Positions 9,619-18,501 are shown, counted from the first letter of the stretch. The stretch: 64,000 bases of DNA from Methanomassiliicoccales archaeon (GCA_035404085.1 DAONGL010000001.1:42195-106194), one strand, 5' to 3'. Program-made: numbers and translations. The notes: a model not told the origin generated them from the sequence alone.

Positions 9619-10134
9619 TCAAACCTCCATGGTAAGCTCGCCTAGGGCCTGGAAGGCTTCCTGGACGTTCTGTCCGGTCCTGGCGCTGGTCAGCATGAAT
9701 TTACAGCCAAGCTTGTCAGCGAAAGCCTTCAGGTCCTGAAGGTCTATCGTCATCTCCAGGTCGCATTTGTTTCCCAGTATCAGGATAGGTATCTTTCCGG
9801 ATACCTCGAACAGGTCGGCCGCCCAATTCTCAAGATGTTCTAGCGTTTCCGGCCGGGTCATGTCACAAACCAGCAACACGCCGTTGGCACCGAGATAATA
9901 GGTGTTATGCAACTCCTTCTTCGTCTTCTGGCCCAGCACGTCCCAGATCATGAGGGTGAGATTGACGTCCTCCAGCTCCAGGACCTTCTTGCTGACCTTG
10001 GCTCCGAAGGTCTGTATGTACTGATCATCAAATTGGTCCAATACATAACGTCGGATGAGACTGGTCTTACCGACCTCCCCGTCCCCTAGGAGGCAGATCT
10101 TCTTGACGAACTGGCGCTTAGCCATCCAGTCCAC
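9619..10134 (-). CDS. Ras-superfamily small GTPase (Rab/Ras-like)
   Basis: 171 aa with all G motifs: G1 GDGEVGKTS, G2 Thr in YIQTFG, G3 WDVLGQ, G4 GNKCDL, G5 TSARTGQNV. There is no C-terminal CaaX or Cys. Confidence 0.9.
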   Translation of the reverse strand: MDWMAKRQFVKKICLLGDGEVGKTSLIRRYVLDQFDDQYIQTFGAKVSKKVLELEDVNLTLMIWDVLGQKTKKELHNTYYLGANGVLLVCDMTRPETLEHLENWAADLFEVSGKIPILILGNKCDLEMTIDLQDLKAFADKLGCKFMLTSARTGQNVQEAFQALGELTMEV

Positions 10135-10205
10135 AGTATGCCGCCGGCGTCTATATATTCATTTCACTAGGTGGGGTTTCGACCTATCCAGTAACGACAC
10201 ACCGG

Positions 10206-10757
10206 ATGTCATTCGCCGCAATAGTAATGTATCTCGAGCCCAAATTACCCGGTATGCCCAAGACCGAGATGAGGTTCGAGGACGTGCTCGTGGACGACGT
10301 CTTCGACAAGTTCGTGCTGAAGCCTTCCCAGGTGGGGAAGGGCGCCACCATCGCCATGGTCATCGACCAGATGTTGGCCAATCCATTATCCCGCAAGGTC
10401 TACGTCACCGATGCCGAGAACAGGTATATCGGAACGGTGAGCACGGAGACGGTGCTCCGGTTGATGGGTTACCGACTGGGGGTGCGAGAGTACGGCGGCG
10501 CCTCGTTCATTCGTTTCCTTAAGGACACCCTCAAGGAAAGGGCGGATGACATAATGGTCAAGGGGCGTACCGTCACCAGGGAGACGAAGCTGACGGCGGC
10601 CATGAAGATAATGATCGACGATCATCTGAACGACCTGCCGGTGGTGGACAATGAAGGACGGCTGGTCGGAGAGCTGGCCAGCCTACAGCTGCTGATGGCC
10701 GGAAAGAAGGTTTTCGAGGCCAAGGACCCCGCCGTCCCCCCGGTCAACGAGTACTAG
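10206..10757 (+). CDS. CBS-domain pair protein
   Basis: 183 aa with two CBS-like repeats (KVYVTDAENRYIGTVSTETVLR, and IMVKGRTVTRETKLTAAMKIMIDDHLNDLPVVDNEGRLVGELA). Confidence 0.8.
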   Translation: MSFAAIVMYLEPKLPGMPKTEMRFEDVLVDDVFDKFVLKPSQVGKGATIAMVIDQMLANPLSRKVYVTDAENRYIGTVSTETVLRLMGYRLGVREYGGASFIRFLKDTLKERADDIMVKGRTVTRETKLTAAMKIMIDDHLNDLPVVDNEGRLVGELASLQLLMAGKKVFEAKDPAVPPVNEY

Positions 10758-10758
10758 C

Positions 10759-11574
10759 TCAGCCGTAGAGCTGGGAGTACTCCACCGGCTTCTTCGGCTG
10801 CTGCACCGACTCCATGGCCTTCTGCATCTCGCTTTCGATCAGCTCGGCCTCCTTGATCAGCGGCTCCGGGTCCAACTTTATCTCCGGTAGCATGTCGCCG
10901 ATCACGTCCAGAAGGTTGGCCGCACCCCGGGCGTCCGGAACGTCCGTGCGAGCGGAACCCAGCAAGCAGATGACGTCCATCTGGTAGCGCTCCCCTTCGG
11001 AAAGGAGCAGTCCGGAGATACCGGTGACCATTCCCTCCTTAAGCTCCTTGATCCCATAGGTCTTGAGCATCTCCCGCGTGCGTTCCGTGGTTCCCACTCC
11101 ATAGACCTTGGTGTCGCTCTCACCGACCATGTTAATGCCCTCCAGGGTCAGGATGGTGGCTATCCCTTTCTTCTTGCACCATCCCAGGATGTCGTCCGAC
11201 AGCTCCTTGATGAGATCGGGCTGAGGCATGAACTCGCAGGTGATGACGGCCAGCTTCTCACACATTTCCCCCTTCACGCAATCCCGCTGTCCAGCGTAGA
11301 TGCGGACCGGGGGCGAGGGAACGCCCTCATGGATGATGGTGAAGGGAGGGAAATGTTTGGAGATTATGGCCGCCCTCCTCTCCAATTTCATGGTTCGAAC
11401 GATATAGTTGGACGCTATGGAGCTCACCAGCCCTACGCTGGGGAACCCGACCACGACCATTCCGTCCTTCAGGTCGACCTCGTCATACTCGTGGATGAAT
11501 ATCTCGCCGTCGCTAATGGGCATCACCTGACTTTGAAGGTAGGTCAGGGGCTTAATACTTGACGGTGCCGCCAT
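10759..11574 (-). CDS. proteasome assembly chaperone family protein (PAC2 / PbaA-PbaB-like)
   Basis: The track ORF 10759..12156 is trimmed to ATG 11574 (MAAPSSIKPL...), because the upstream part is antisense to the M16 peptidase gene. It shows the PAC2 pattern VVGFPSVGLVSSIASNYI and the C-terminal HbYX motif (…SQLYG) used to dock on the 20S alpha ring. Confidence 0.8.
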   Translation of the reverse strand: MAAPSSIKPLTYLQSQVMPISDGEIFIHEYDEVDLKDGMVVVGFPSVGLVSSIASNYIVRTMKLERRAAIISKHFPPFTIIHEGVPSPPVRIYAGQRDCVKGEMCEKLAVITCEFMPQPDLIKELSDDILGWCKKKGIATILTLEGINMVGESDTKVYGVGTTERTREMLKTYGIKELKEGMVTGISGLLLSEGERYQMDVICLLGSARTDVPDARGAANLLDVIGDMLPEIKLDPEPLIKEAELIESEMQKAMESVQQPKKPVEYSQLYG

Positions 11575-11610
11575 CGAAAGTCCATTATCCAGGGAAGGCG
11601 TTCCAGGGGC

Positions 11611-12888
11611 GTGGTGGAATCTGGTTTGGGTCTGCATCGGACCGCGGCGGGCATACCGGTGATAGTGGAGGAGGTCCCCCACTCCCGGACGGCCGCGCTC
11701 TCCGTCAACTTCAGCGTGGGCTGCCGGGACGAGGACAAGGAAAGCTCTGGCACCGCGCATTTCCTGGAGCATATCATGTTCAAGGGAACCAGGAAACGCA
11801 ACGCCAGGCAGTTCTCGGAACTGGTGGAGGGTGCTGGCGGGGAGATGAACGCCTACACCACCAAGGAGTCCACGTCCTTCCACGTTTTCTCGCTGGACGA
11901 GACGTTCGATGTGATGAAAGGTCTCATGGCGGACATGATGACCGCTCCCCTGATGGACGAGGAGCATGTGGACCTGGAACGAGGGGTGGTCATGCAGGAG
12001 ATCAGCATGCTGGAGGACGATCCAGAGGACTATTCCCGGGTGCTTCTGGACCGCTCGATCTGGGACGGGCATCCCATGTCCAACACCGAGACCGGCCGGC
12101 CGGAATGGGTGTCCAGCTTGAAGGCCGCCGACCTGCGCAAGTTCTTTGAGGACCATTACCGGCCGCCGAACCTATGCGTGGTGGCCTGCGGTCACGTGTC
12201 CGCAGAGGACGTGGTCTCCTGGGCCGAAAGGACATTCGACGGTCTCAGTCACGCAAAGTCACAGAAGGTCCGCACGCCGCCGGTTCCCAAGGCCTACACC
12301 AGGGTCTTCCCGAAAGAGGGGGACCAGGCCTACGTGGAGCTGGGGTTCCCAGGGCTCCCAGGGAAGCACCTGGACCGCAAGGCATTGACCCTGGCGTGCA
12401 TCATACTCGGCGGTGGCACATCGTCCCGGTTGTATCAGACGGTCAGGGAGGACCAGGGGCTGGTGTATCACATCAGCACCTTCCCGCAATCCTACACCGA
12501 CTGCGGGATAGTGGATACCTTCTTCTCGGCCTCCATCGACAACCTGGACCGGGTGGTCAACACTCTGGCCAAGGAGATATCCCTTTTCAAGGACCAGGGA
12601 CCTACGGAGGAAGAGGTCCAGAGGTCCAAGCGCTGGATCAAGGGGATGCTGGTCCGTCGGCTTGAGGGAACCGACAGCCGACTATACTGGCAGGGCGAAC
12701 ATTACATGATGAACGGCGAGCTGGCCGATGCTGAACGCTCCATAGCCGAGTTCGAGAAGGTGAACCGCGAGGACGTCACGCGGGTCATCAACGAGATATT
12801 CCAGAGAAAAAAGATGTGCGTGGCCATGCTCGCTCCCCAGAAGGAAGGGGAGGCGGCCGCCAGGCGTATGCAGTCCCTCGACTTCTAG
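11611..12888 (+). CDS. M16 (pitrilysin/insulinase) family zinc peptidase
   Basis: 425 aa with the inverted zinc motif HxxEH (GTAHFLEHIMFKGT) and a downstream Glu (EGAGGEMNAYT). GTG start. Confidence 0.9.
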   Translation: MVESGLGLHRTAAGIPVIVEEVPHSRTAALSVNFSVGCRDEDKESSGTAHFLEHIMFKGTRKRNARQFSELVEGAGGEMNAYTTKESTSFHVFSLDETFDVMKGLMADMMTAPLMDEEHVDLERGVVMQEISMLEDDPEDYSRVLLDRSIWDGHPMSNTETGRPEWVSSLKAADLRKFFEDHYRPPNLCVVACGHVSAEDVVSWAERTFDGLSHAKSQKVRTPPVPKAYTRVFPKEGDQAYVELGFPGLPGKHLDRKALTLACIILGGGTSSRLYQTVREDQGLVYHISTFPQSYTDCGIVDTFFSASIDNLDRVVNTLAKEISLFKDQGPTEEEVQRSKRWIKGMLVRRLEGTDSRLYWQGEHYMMNGELADAERSIAEFEKVNREDVTRVINEIFQRKKMCVAMLAPQKEGEAAARRMQSLDF

Positions 12889-13346
12889 TCGTTCAGGACC
12901 TTCAGGACCGCTTCCACGGCGGCGGGAACGGCCTTCTCCACATCCTCGGTCATGATGTCAGTGACAGTATAGACGTCATTGACCTCCACCGCCACGAACC
13001 GGATGTCCTCAGGCATTCGTCCCGGGAAGAGCAACTTACCCACCTCGATGGCCATGTGGATGTTGGTCTCGTGCGGGTTCGTCCCGTGCAGGGCGGTCTT
13101 GAAGTCCTCGGGTTCCAGCAACATGACCGTGCCGGCCGGGTACTTCTCGGTGATGATGGCATCGACCACGACCACCTTCTGGTAGTCCATCATTATCTCG
13201 ATGATGTCCAGACCGCTCACCGACTGTTGATCCACGTCCAGGTCCGGCAGGTTCCGGTTCTTGATCTCTTCCACGATCCGGAAGCCAACTCCATCATCGC
13301 AGACGATGGGGCTGCCGATGCCCAGCAATAAACGGGACGCTTTCAT
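12885..13346 (-). CDS. hydrogenase maturation endopeptidase (HycI/FrhD family)
   Basis: 153 aa: LLLGIGSPIVCDDGVGFRIVEEI...VVVVDAI...LHGTNPHE, typical of NiFe-hydrogenase maturation proteases. Confidence 0.85.
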   Translation of the reverse strand: MKASRLLLGIGSPIVCDDGVGFRIVEEIKNRNLPDLDVDQQSVSGLDIIEIMMDYQKVVVVDAIITEKYPAGTVMLLEPEDFKTALHGTNPHETNIHMAIEVGKLLFPGRMPEDIRFVAVEVNDVYTVTDIMTEDVEKAVPAAVEAVLKVLND

Positions 13347-13435
13347 CGTTCTGCCGAAGATGGCGGCGGTTATTAACTTTGCCTTTTCCGGCTCGGGACG
13401 GCGGATTAATCTAATCCGTAGTTCATCGCAGCACC

Positions 13436-14236
13436 ATGTCCTTGGTGCAGGCCTCGCTCACCGTGCAGGTCAACGGTCACGTCCTGACGGACAAGCAGGC
13501 CAAGGCCGTTCTGGCCCTTTATCTGAAGGGGACCCAGAGGGCCGCGGCCCGTTCGTTAGGGATATCCGCCCCCGTCCTGTGCCGTCATCTCCGCCAGGTG
13601 GAGGTCAAGGCTAGCGCCCCGATTATGGATTGCGGTCCCCGGGGCACGGTGCTAAACGAACTGGGCGAAAGCATCGCCAAGGAGCAGCTGGCTCTGCAAA
13701 GCAAGCTCAGGGAGCGGCAGCAGCTGGCGGTGGCCTGCACGCCTCTGACCGAGGAGCTGATGATGCAGGCCTTGAACGTCGCCGATCCGAAGGGCGATAT
13801 CGAAGTGGTGATATCGGACGACACGCACAACGTCACCGATTTCCAGGCCGGACTGCTGGACCTGGTTCTGCTGGACGATCCGTTGTTCGCCTACGAGGCG
13901 GAGGGGGCGAGCTGGGAGGAGGTGGGCAGCGATCGTTTGCTACATGTGCGCAAGGGCGAGGACTACGCCTCTTACCGCTTCGGACCGCAAAGGCTGGGGT
14001 TCAGGTCCCTGGAGGCTCAAAAGGTCCCTCACCGAGTGGTCAGGACCTATTCTTCGCTCGGAGCTCTGGTTCGCAGCGGTCATAGCTATTTCGTCAGCGA
14101 GGGGCTGCTGGTCCGCAAGGGCTATCGTCCCAAGGGGGACGAGCCCGCGATCCCCTACGCCATACTGTGCCTCTACCGCCCGGTCCCTAAGGTGGACGGG
14201 ATACTGAGGGCAATTCGTAATAAACCCGTGAATTAG
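13436..14236 (+). CDS. HTH regulator (ModE/LysR-type N-terminal domain) with uncharacterised C-terminal domain
   Basis: 266 aa. The N-terminus GTQRAAARSLGISAPVLCRHLRQVE....GPRGTVLNELGESI resembles the ModE/LysR winged-helix pattern. The rest is unrecognised. Confidence 0.6.
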   Translation: MSLVQASLTVQVNGHVLTDKQAKAVLALYLKGTQRAAARSLGISAPVLCRHLRQVEVKASAPIMDCGPRGTVLNELGESIAKEQLALQSKLRERQQLAVACTPLTEELMMQALNVADPKGDIEVVISDDTHNVTDFQAGLLDLVLLDDPLFAYEAEGASWEEVGSDRLLHVRKGEDYASYRFGPQRLGFRSLEAQKVPHRVVRTYSSLGALVRSGHSYFVSEGLLVRKGYRPKGDEPAIPYAILCLYRPVPKVDGILRAIRNKPVN

Positions 14237-14323
14237 TGTAACCTATTTAGGTAACACTCGTACGGTTTTCCGTTCACTTTTATATAGGATATCTCCGCTC
14301 CCCGAGACAAGAGGAAGACTTTC

Positions 14324-14833
14324 ATGTCAAACGTAAAGATACCAGACCCGGCCTTTACCCAGAGCATCATCGATGCTGGCGGTAAGACCTTGGACCTGTG
14401 CTACCAGTGCGGAACCTGCACTGGCAGCTGCCCCTCCGGCCGCACCACCGCGTTCCGCACCCGGCAGCTGATCAGGAAGGCCCAGCTAGGATTGAAGGAC
14501 GACATACTGCCCTCCGAGGAGCTGTGGATGTGCACCACCTGCTACTCCTGCGTGGAGAGATGCCCCAGGGACGTCGATATCGTCGATATCATCATCCTGA
14601 TGAGGAACATGGCCGTCCAGAAGGGTTACATGGCCGAGGACCACAAGAAGGTCGGGCGCTCCCTGATAAACAGCGGGCACACCGTACCTGCTTCCGACAA
14701 GCTGAAGCATCTGCGCGTCAGCATGGGCCTCTCCGAGAACCCGCCTACCACCATCGCCGACCCCAAGGCCCTGGCCGATTTCAAGAAGATCATGGCCAAG
14801 ACCGGATTCGACAAGCTGATCGGAGGTGCTTAA
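14324..14833 (+). CDS. hdrC: heterodisulfide reductase subunit C
   Basis: 169 aa with two 4Fe-4S motifs, CYQCGTCTGSCP and CTTCYSCVERCP. It lies immediately upstream of hdrB. Confidence 0.9.
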   Translation: MSNVKIPDPAFTQSIIDAGGKTLDLCYQCGTCTGSCPSGRTTAFRTRQLIRKAQLGLKDDILPSEELWMCTTCYSCVERCPRDVDIVDIIILMRNMAVQKGYMAEDHKKVGRSLINSGHTVPASDKLKHLRVSMGLSENPPTTIADPKALADFKKIMAKTGFDKLIGGA

Positions 14834-14834
14834 A

Positions 14835-15689
14835 ATGGCCGCTGACAAGTTCGCGTTGTTCCTCGGGTGCGTTGCGCCCCTGAGATACCCCGGCATCGAG
14901 AAGGCCACTAGGGAGCTGTTCAAGGCCCTGGGTTACGACCTGAGGGAGATGACCGGAGCCGGCTGCTGCCCAGCGCCGGGCGTTATCCGCTCCTTCGACC
15001 AGGCCACCTGGCTGGCTCTCGCCGCCCGCAACCTGGCCATCGCCGAGAAGCAGGACTGCGACATACTGACCATCTGCAACGGTTGCTATGGCTCCTTGTA
15101 TGAAGCGAACCACATGCTCCAGGAGGACCCCGAGCTCCTGAGGAAGGTCAACGTCATCCTGTCCGAGGTCGGCATGAAGTACGAGGGCAAGGTCCGCGTA
15201 CGCCACTTCGCTGACGTCCTGTTCAAGGACATAGGCATCGAGAAGATGAAGCAGAAGTTCACCAAGCCATTGACCTATAACGTGGCCGTGCACTACGGAT
15301 GCCACTTCTCCCGGCCGACCAAGATCAAGCACATCGACGACCCCGAGAGGCCGCACGTGCTGGATGAGCTGGTCGAGTGGACCGGCGCCAAGAGCATCCC
15401 CTACGCCGACAAGCAGATGTGCTGCGGCGCCGGCGGCGGTGTAAGGAGCAGGGACGCCAAGTTCGCCTTGAGCTTCACCGAGGCTAAGCTGAAGAACATG
15501 AAGGCGGTCAAGGCCCAGTTCATCATCGACGTCTGCCCGTTCTGCCACCTGCAGTTCGACCGCGGCCAGAAGGACCTGCCCGGATATGACATACCGGTCA
15601 TCCACCTGGCGCAGCTCTACGGCCTCGCTCTGGGTCTGCCCGTGTCCTCCCTGGGACTCGAGGCCCACGAGATCAAGGTCACCCTGTGA
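14835..15689 (+). CDS. hdrB: heterodisulfide reductase subunit B
   Basis: It has two CCG domains (GAGCCPAPG, and QMCCGAGGG with CPFCHLQ). I prefer ATG 14835, preceded by GGAGGTG at 14822-14828, over the track start GTG 14826. Confidence 0.9.
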   Translation: MAADKFALFLGCVAPLRYPGIEKATRELFKALGYDLREMTGAGCCPAPGVIRSFDQATWLALAARNLAIAEKQDCDILTICNGCYGSLYEANHMLQEDPELLRKVNVILSEVGMKYEGKVRVRHFADVLFKDIGIEKMKQKFTKPLTYNVAVHYGCHFSRPTKIKHIDDPERPHVLDELVEWTGAKSIPYADKQMCCGAGGGVRSRDAKFALSFTEAKLKNMKAVKAQFIIDVCPFCHLQFDRGQKDLPGYDIPVIHLAQLYGLALGLPVSSLGLEAHEIKVTL

Positions 15690-15698
15690 GGAGTCAGA

Positions 15699-15983
15699 TT
15701 GGAACAAGCGCACTTGGTCGGGGTATACACCCAAGAGGAGATGCCTGAGGAGCTGGAAGGCTTCGTCAGGTATCAGGCCGTCTGCGATGGCCATCAAATG
15801 AAGGCCGGGGAGAGGATAGCCGTGCTGAACGTCACCGGCACCTCCTCATACGTCCCGGTCTTCATGGCCGACCTCAAGGGCTACGACGATCTGGAATCCC
15901 GGCTCTCGAAGCATGGGGTTCAGGCAGACCAGGTGAGCGCCCTATCCCTGCGGCGGGTACTGCAGGAGATGGGTCACAGTTAA
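15699..15983 (+). CDS. hypothetical small protein downstream of hdrCB
   Basis: 94-aa ORF with TTG start 9 nt after the hdrB stop, preceded by GAGGAG. Composition is ordinary and no family is recognised. Confidence 0.45.
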   Translation: MEQAHLVGVYTQEEMPEELEGFVRYQAVCDGHQMKAGERIAVLNVTGTSSYVPVFMADLKGYDDLESRLSKHGVQADQVSALSLRRVLQEMGHS

Positions 15984-16100
15984 ACCCCTTCCCTACGTTT
16001 TTTATTGCCCAGTAAAAAGATGGTGATTGTTTTGGCAAGGAGAAAACTTATTAATAGGGTTACTGGTTTCCGAGTTCATCTCACGATTGGAGGCTATTAA

Positions 16101-16817
16101 TTGGCTGCTACTAAAAAAGCGTCTACGAAGGCCGCCTCACGGAAGGTCAAGGACCGGTGGAAGGCCAAGGAGTGGTATAAGATATACGCTCCGCGCATGT
16201 TCAACCAGGCCCAGCTGGGCGAAACCCCCAGTGCCGATGCCACTAACCTGATCGGCAGGACCACCGAGGCAACCGTTCACGATATAAACGGCGACTTCTC
16301 GAAGATGCACGTTAAGCTCAAGTTCAAAGTTCAGGACGTAAACGGGTTCGATGCCCACACCGTGTTCATCGGCCAGGACCTGACCAGCGATTACATTAGG
16401 CGTCTAACTCGCCGCAAGCGGACCAAGACCGACCATGTCATCGACGTCCGCACCAAGGACGGATACCTTATCCGCGTGAAGCCCATGAGCATCACCGAGA
16501 AGCGCATCCAGTCCTCCCAGGAGACCGCTCTGCGCACCTTGATGGACGCTGAGATGGCTAAGATGGGAGAGGAAAAGACCATCTCCGAGATCATCAAGGC
16601 CATCATCGATGGCGAGATGGCGCACAGGCTGGGCAGCGTCTGCAAGGTCATCGTCCCCATCAAGAGGGTCGAGATCCGCAAGACCGAGGTGCTGGAGATG
16701 GGCGCAGGCCCCCAGGACCAGCCGGTCTTCGCTCCTGAGGCACCCGCTGAGCCCGAGGCTGTCGCTGAAGCTCCGGCCGAGGAAGCCATAGTGGCTCCGG
16801 CCGAGGCCGAGCAATAA
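16101..16817 (+). CDS. rps3ae: 30S ribosomal protein S3Ae (eS1)
   Basis: 238 aa: KKASTKAASRKVKDRWKAKEWYKIYAPRMFN... is the canonical eS1 N-terminus. TTG start 7 nt after GGAGGC. It has an Ala/Pro/Glu-rich C-terminal tail. Confidence 0.9.
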   Translation: MAATKKASTKAASRKVKDRWKAKEWYKIYAPRMFNQAQLGETPSADATNLIGRTTEATVHDINGDFSKMHVKLKFKVQDVNGFDAHTVFIGQDLTSDYIRRLTRRKRTKTDHVIDVRTKDGYLIRVKPMSITEKRIQSSQETALRTLMDAEMAKMGEEKTISEIIKAIIDGEMAHRLGSVCKVIVPIKRVEIRKTEVLEMGAGPQDQPVFAPEAPAEPEAVAEAPAEEAIVAPAEAEQ

Positions 16818-16832
16818 ACCTCTTCCCCGAAT

Positions 16833-16936
16833 GCCGGGGTGGCTCAGCCTGGTGGAGCGTCGGACTCATAGGGATTAGGAACAAGACCCTCTCCAGGGAA
16901 ATCCGAAGGTCAGGGGTTCGAACCCCCTCCCCGGCA
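16833..16936 (+). tRNA. tRNA-Met (CAT, elongator type) with a ~30-nt intron after position 37
   Basis: Hand-folded. Acceptor is GCCGGGG/CCCCGGC, D arm GCTC/GAGC, and anticodon stem TCGGA/TCCGA with loop CTCATA[intron 16871-16900]A. T arm is AGGGG-TTCGAAC-CCCCT, with discriminator A. CCA is not encoded. Confidence 0.85.
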
Positions 16937-17006
16937 CTCCCCCGCCACTCTCTTATTCTCCTTATCATCGCCTGACAAAGCAATCATTCAAGTACGTCCG
17001 TTCATC

Positions 17007-18188
17007 TTGCATCTTTTCGGTGAGAGAACGAGGGTAATAATCTATACTGGCAAGGGTGGCGTCGGTAAAACTTCCGTGTCCGCCGCGACCGCCCTGCGCT
17101 GCGCCAAGATGGGCTATCGGACCATCGCCATAAGCACCGATTCCGCTCATTCACTGGCCGATTCCCTGGATATACCTCTTTCTGGCGAGATCCGGAAGAT
17201 CGGAAAGAACCTGGACGCCATCGAGGTGGACGTGATCCATGAGATGGAGAACCGTTGGCAGGAGATAGGAAAGTATCTCAGCGACTTCATGGTCTCCCAG
17301 GGCCTCGATCCAATAACCTCCAAGGAGATGACCGTCTGGCCGGGCATGGAGCTCATGTCCGCCCTGTTCTACATAGAGGAGTTCCAGAAGAGCGGGGTGT
17401 ACGACGTGGTGGTGATGGACACCGCGCCTACGGCGGAGACGCTGCGATTGCTTAGCTTCCCGGACACCGCCGACTGGTACTTCGACAAGATGTACAAGAT
17501 ATTCAGGAACACTGTCCGTCTGGCTCGGGCCACGGTCGGCAAGGTCATGAGCATGCCTATGCCCACAGACGCCTTCCTGAACGACCTAGATCACCTCAAG
17601 GACCGCCTGAAGTCAGTCCGTCAGATACTGCTAGACTCGGAAACGACCTCCGTGCGCCTGGTGCTCAATCCGGAGAAGATGGTCATCAACGAGACCAAGC
17701 GTGCCTACACCTACCTTTCCCTGTACAACCTGACCGTGGAATGCATCGTGGTCAACCGGCTGCTGCCCGAGGAGGCCCGACAGCACTATCCCGAGGTCAA
17801 GTACGAGGAGCAGTCCCGGTACATGCAGGTCATCGAGGAGTCCTTCTCTCCCCTGAAGATGCTCAAGGCCTACCAGTCCCCGACCGAGGTGATCGGCAAG
17901 AGGTCATTGGAGGCCTTGGCCAACCAATTGTTCGGAGATACGGACCCCGCGCAGGTGTATTCCACCGAGAAGAGCATGGAGATATACAACCGGGACGGGG
18001 TGGACCAGCTATCTCTGAAATTACCGTTCTCCAGCAAGGACCAGGTAGAGTTATATAAATCGAACGATGTCTTAATTGTGACCGTAGGCTGGTACAAGCG
18101 CTCGGTGGCCTTACCTTATTCGTTGGTGAAGAAGGAGGCCCACAAGGCGGAGTTCAAGGACGGCCGACTGGTCATCAGCTTCAAGTGA
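17007..18188 (+). CDS. ArsA/Get3-family ATPase with C-terminal HSP20-like (alpha-crystallin/CS) domain
   Basis: 393 aa with the deviant Walker A IIYTGKGGVGKTSVSAATA and switch DTAPTAETLRLL. The C-terminal ~90 aa form a beta-rich HSP20-like segment (LSLKLPFSSKDQVELYKSNDVLIVTVGWYKRSVALP...AEFKDGRLVISF). TTG start, with no in-frame ATG upstream of the P-loop. Confidence 0.9.
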   Translation: MHLFGERTRVIIYTGKGGVGKTSVSAATALRCAKMGYRTIAISTDSAHSLADSLDIPLSGEIRKIGKNLDAIEVDVIHEMENRWQEIGKYLSDFMVSQGLDPITSKEMTVWPGMELMSALFYIEEFQKSGVYDVVVMDTAPTAETLRLLSFPDTADWYFDKMYKIFRNTVRLARATVGKVMSMPMPTDAFLNDLDHLKDRLKSVRQILLDSETTSVRLVLNPEKMVINETKRAYTYLSLYNLTVECIVVNRLLPEEARQHYPEVKYEEQSRYMQVIEESFSPLKMLKAYQSPTEVIGKRSLEALANQLFGDTDPAQVYSTEKSMEIYNRDGVDQLSLKLPFSSKDQVELYKSNDVLIVTVGWYKRSVALPYSLVKKEAHKAEFKDGRLVISFK

Positions 18189-18197
18189 GGTATTCAA

Positions 18198-18500
18198 ATG
18201 GCAAGCAAGAAGGAAGGTACCGAGGAAAAGAAGCAGGAAACGCCATCTCCATCGTTCAGCAGCGGACCCATGCCGCAGGACGCCATGGTACATCTTTTAA
18301 AGTCGGGGACCGAGTTCCTGGCCGCCATCGACACCCTGATGCCGCGCAGCATAATGCCCCCGGAGGCCAAGGTCCATTACAACAACATCCGCAAGGAGAC
18401 GCTATTGATGTTCCGCTCCTTCATCGACTCCCAGCTGAGCGATATCGACAAGAAGAAGGAGGCGCCCGCCCCCCGCCTGCGCAAGATCGACCTCGATTGA
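18198..18500 (+). CDS. hypothetical small charged protein
   Basis: 100-aa ORF with ATG 9 nt after the ArsA stop, preceded by GAGGT. It has Lys/Glu-rich termini and no family is recognised. Confidence 0.5.
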   Translation: MASKKEGTEEKKQETPSPSFSSGPMPQDAMVHLLKSGTEFLAAIDTLMPRSIMPPEAKVHYNNIRKETLLMFRSFIDSQLSDIDKKKEAPAPRLRKIDLD

Positions 18501-18501
18501 A

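Noticed and set aside
11575-12156. N-terminal 194-aa extension of the 465-aa minus-strand ORF 10759..12156
   Set aside because: The extension is His/Gly/Leu/Val-rich and antisense to the M16 peptidase gene, which has a clear HxxEH motif. The PAC2 homology begins only at MAAPSSIK (ATG 11574).
14790-15797. 335-aa minus-strand ORF
   Set aside because: It is entirely antisense to hdrB with its CCG motifs. It has no recognisable motifs and a Gly/Leu/Val/Asp/Gln-biased composition.
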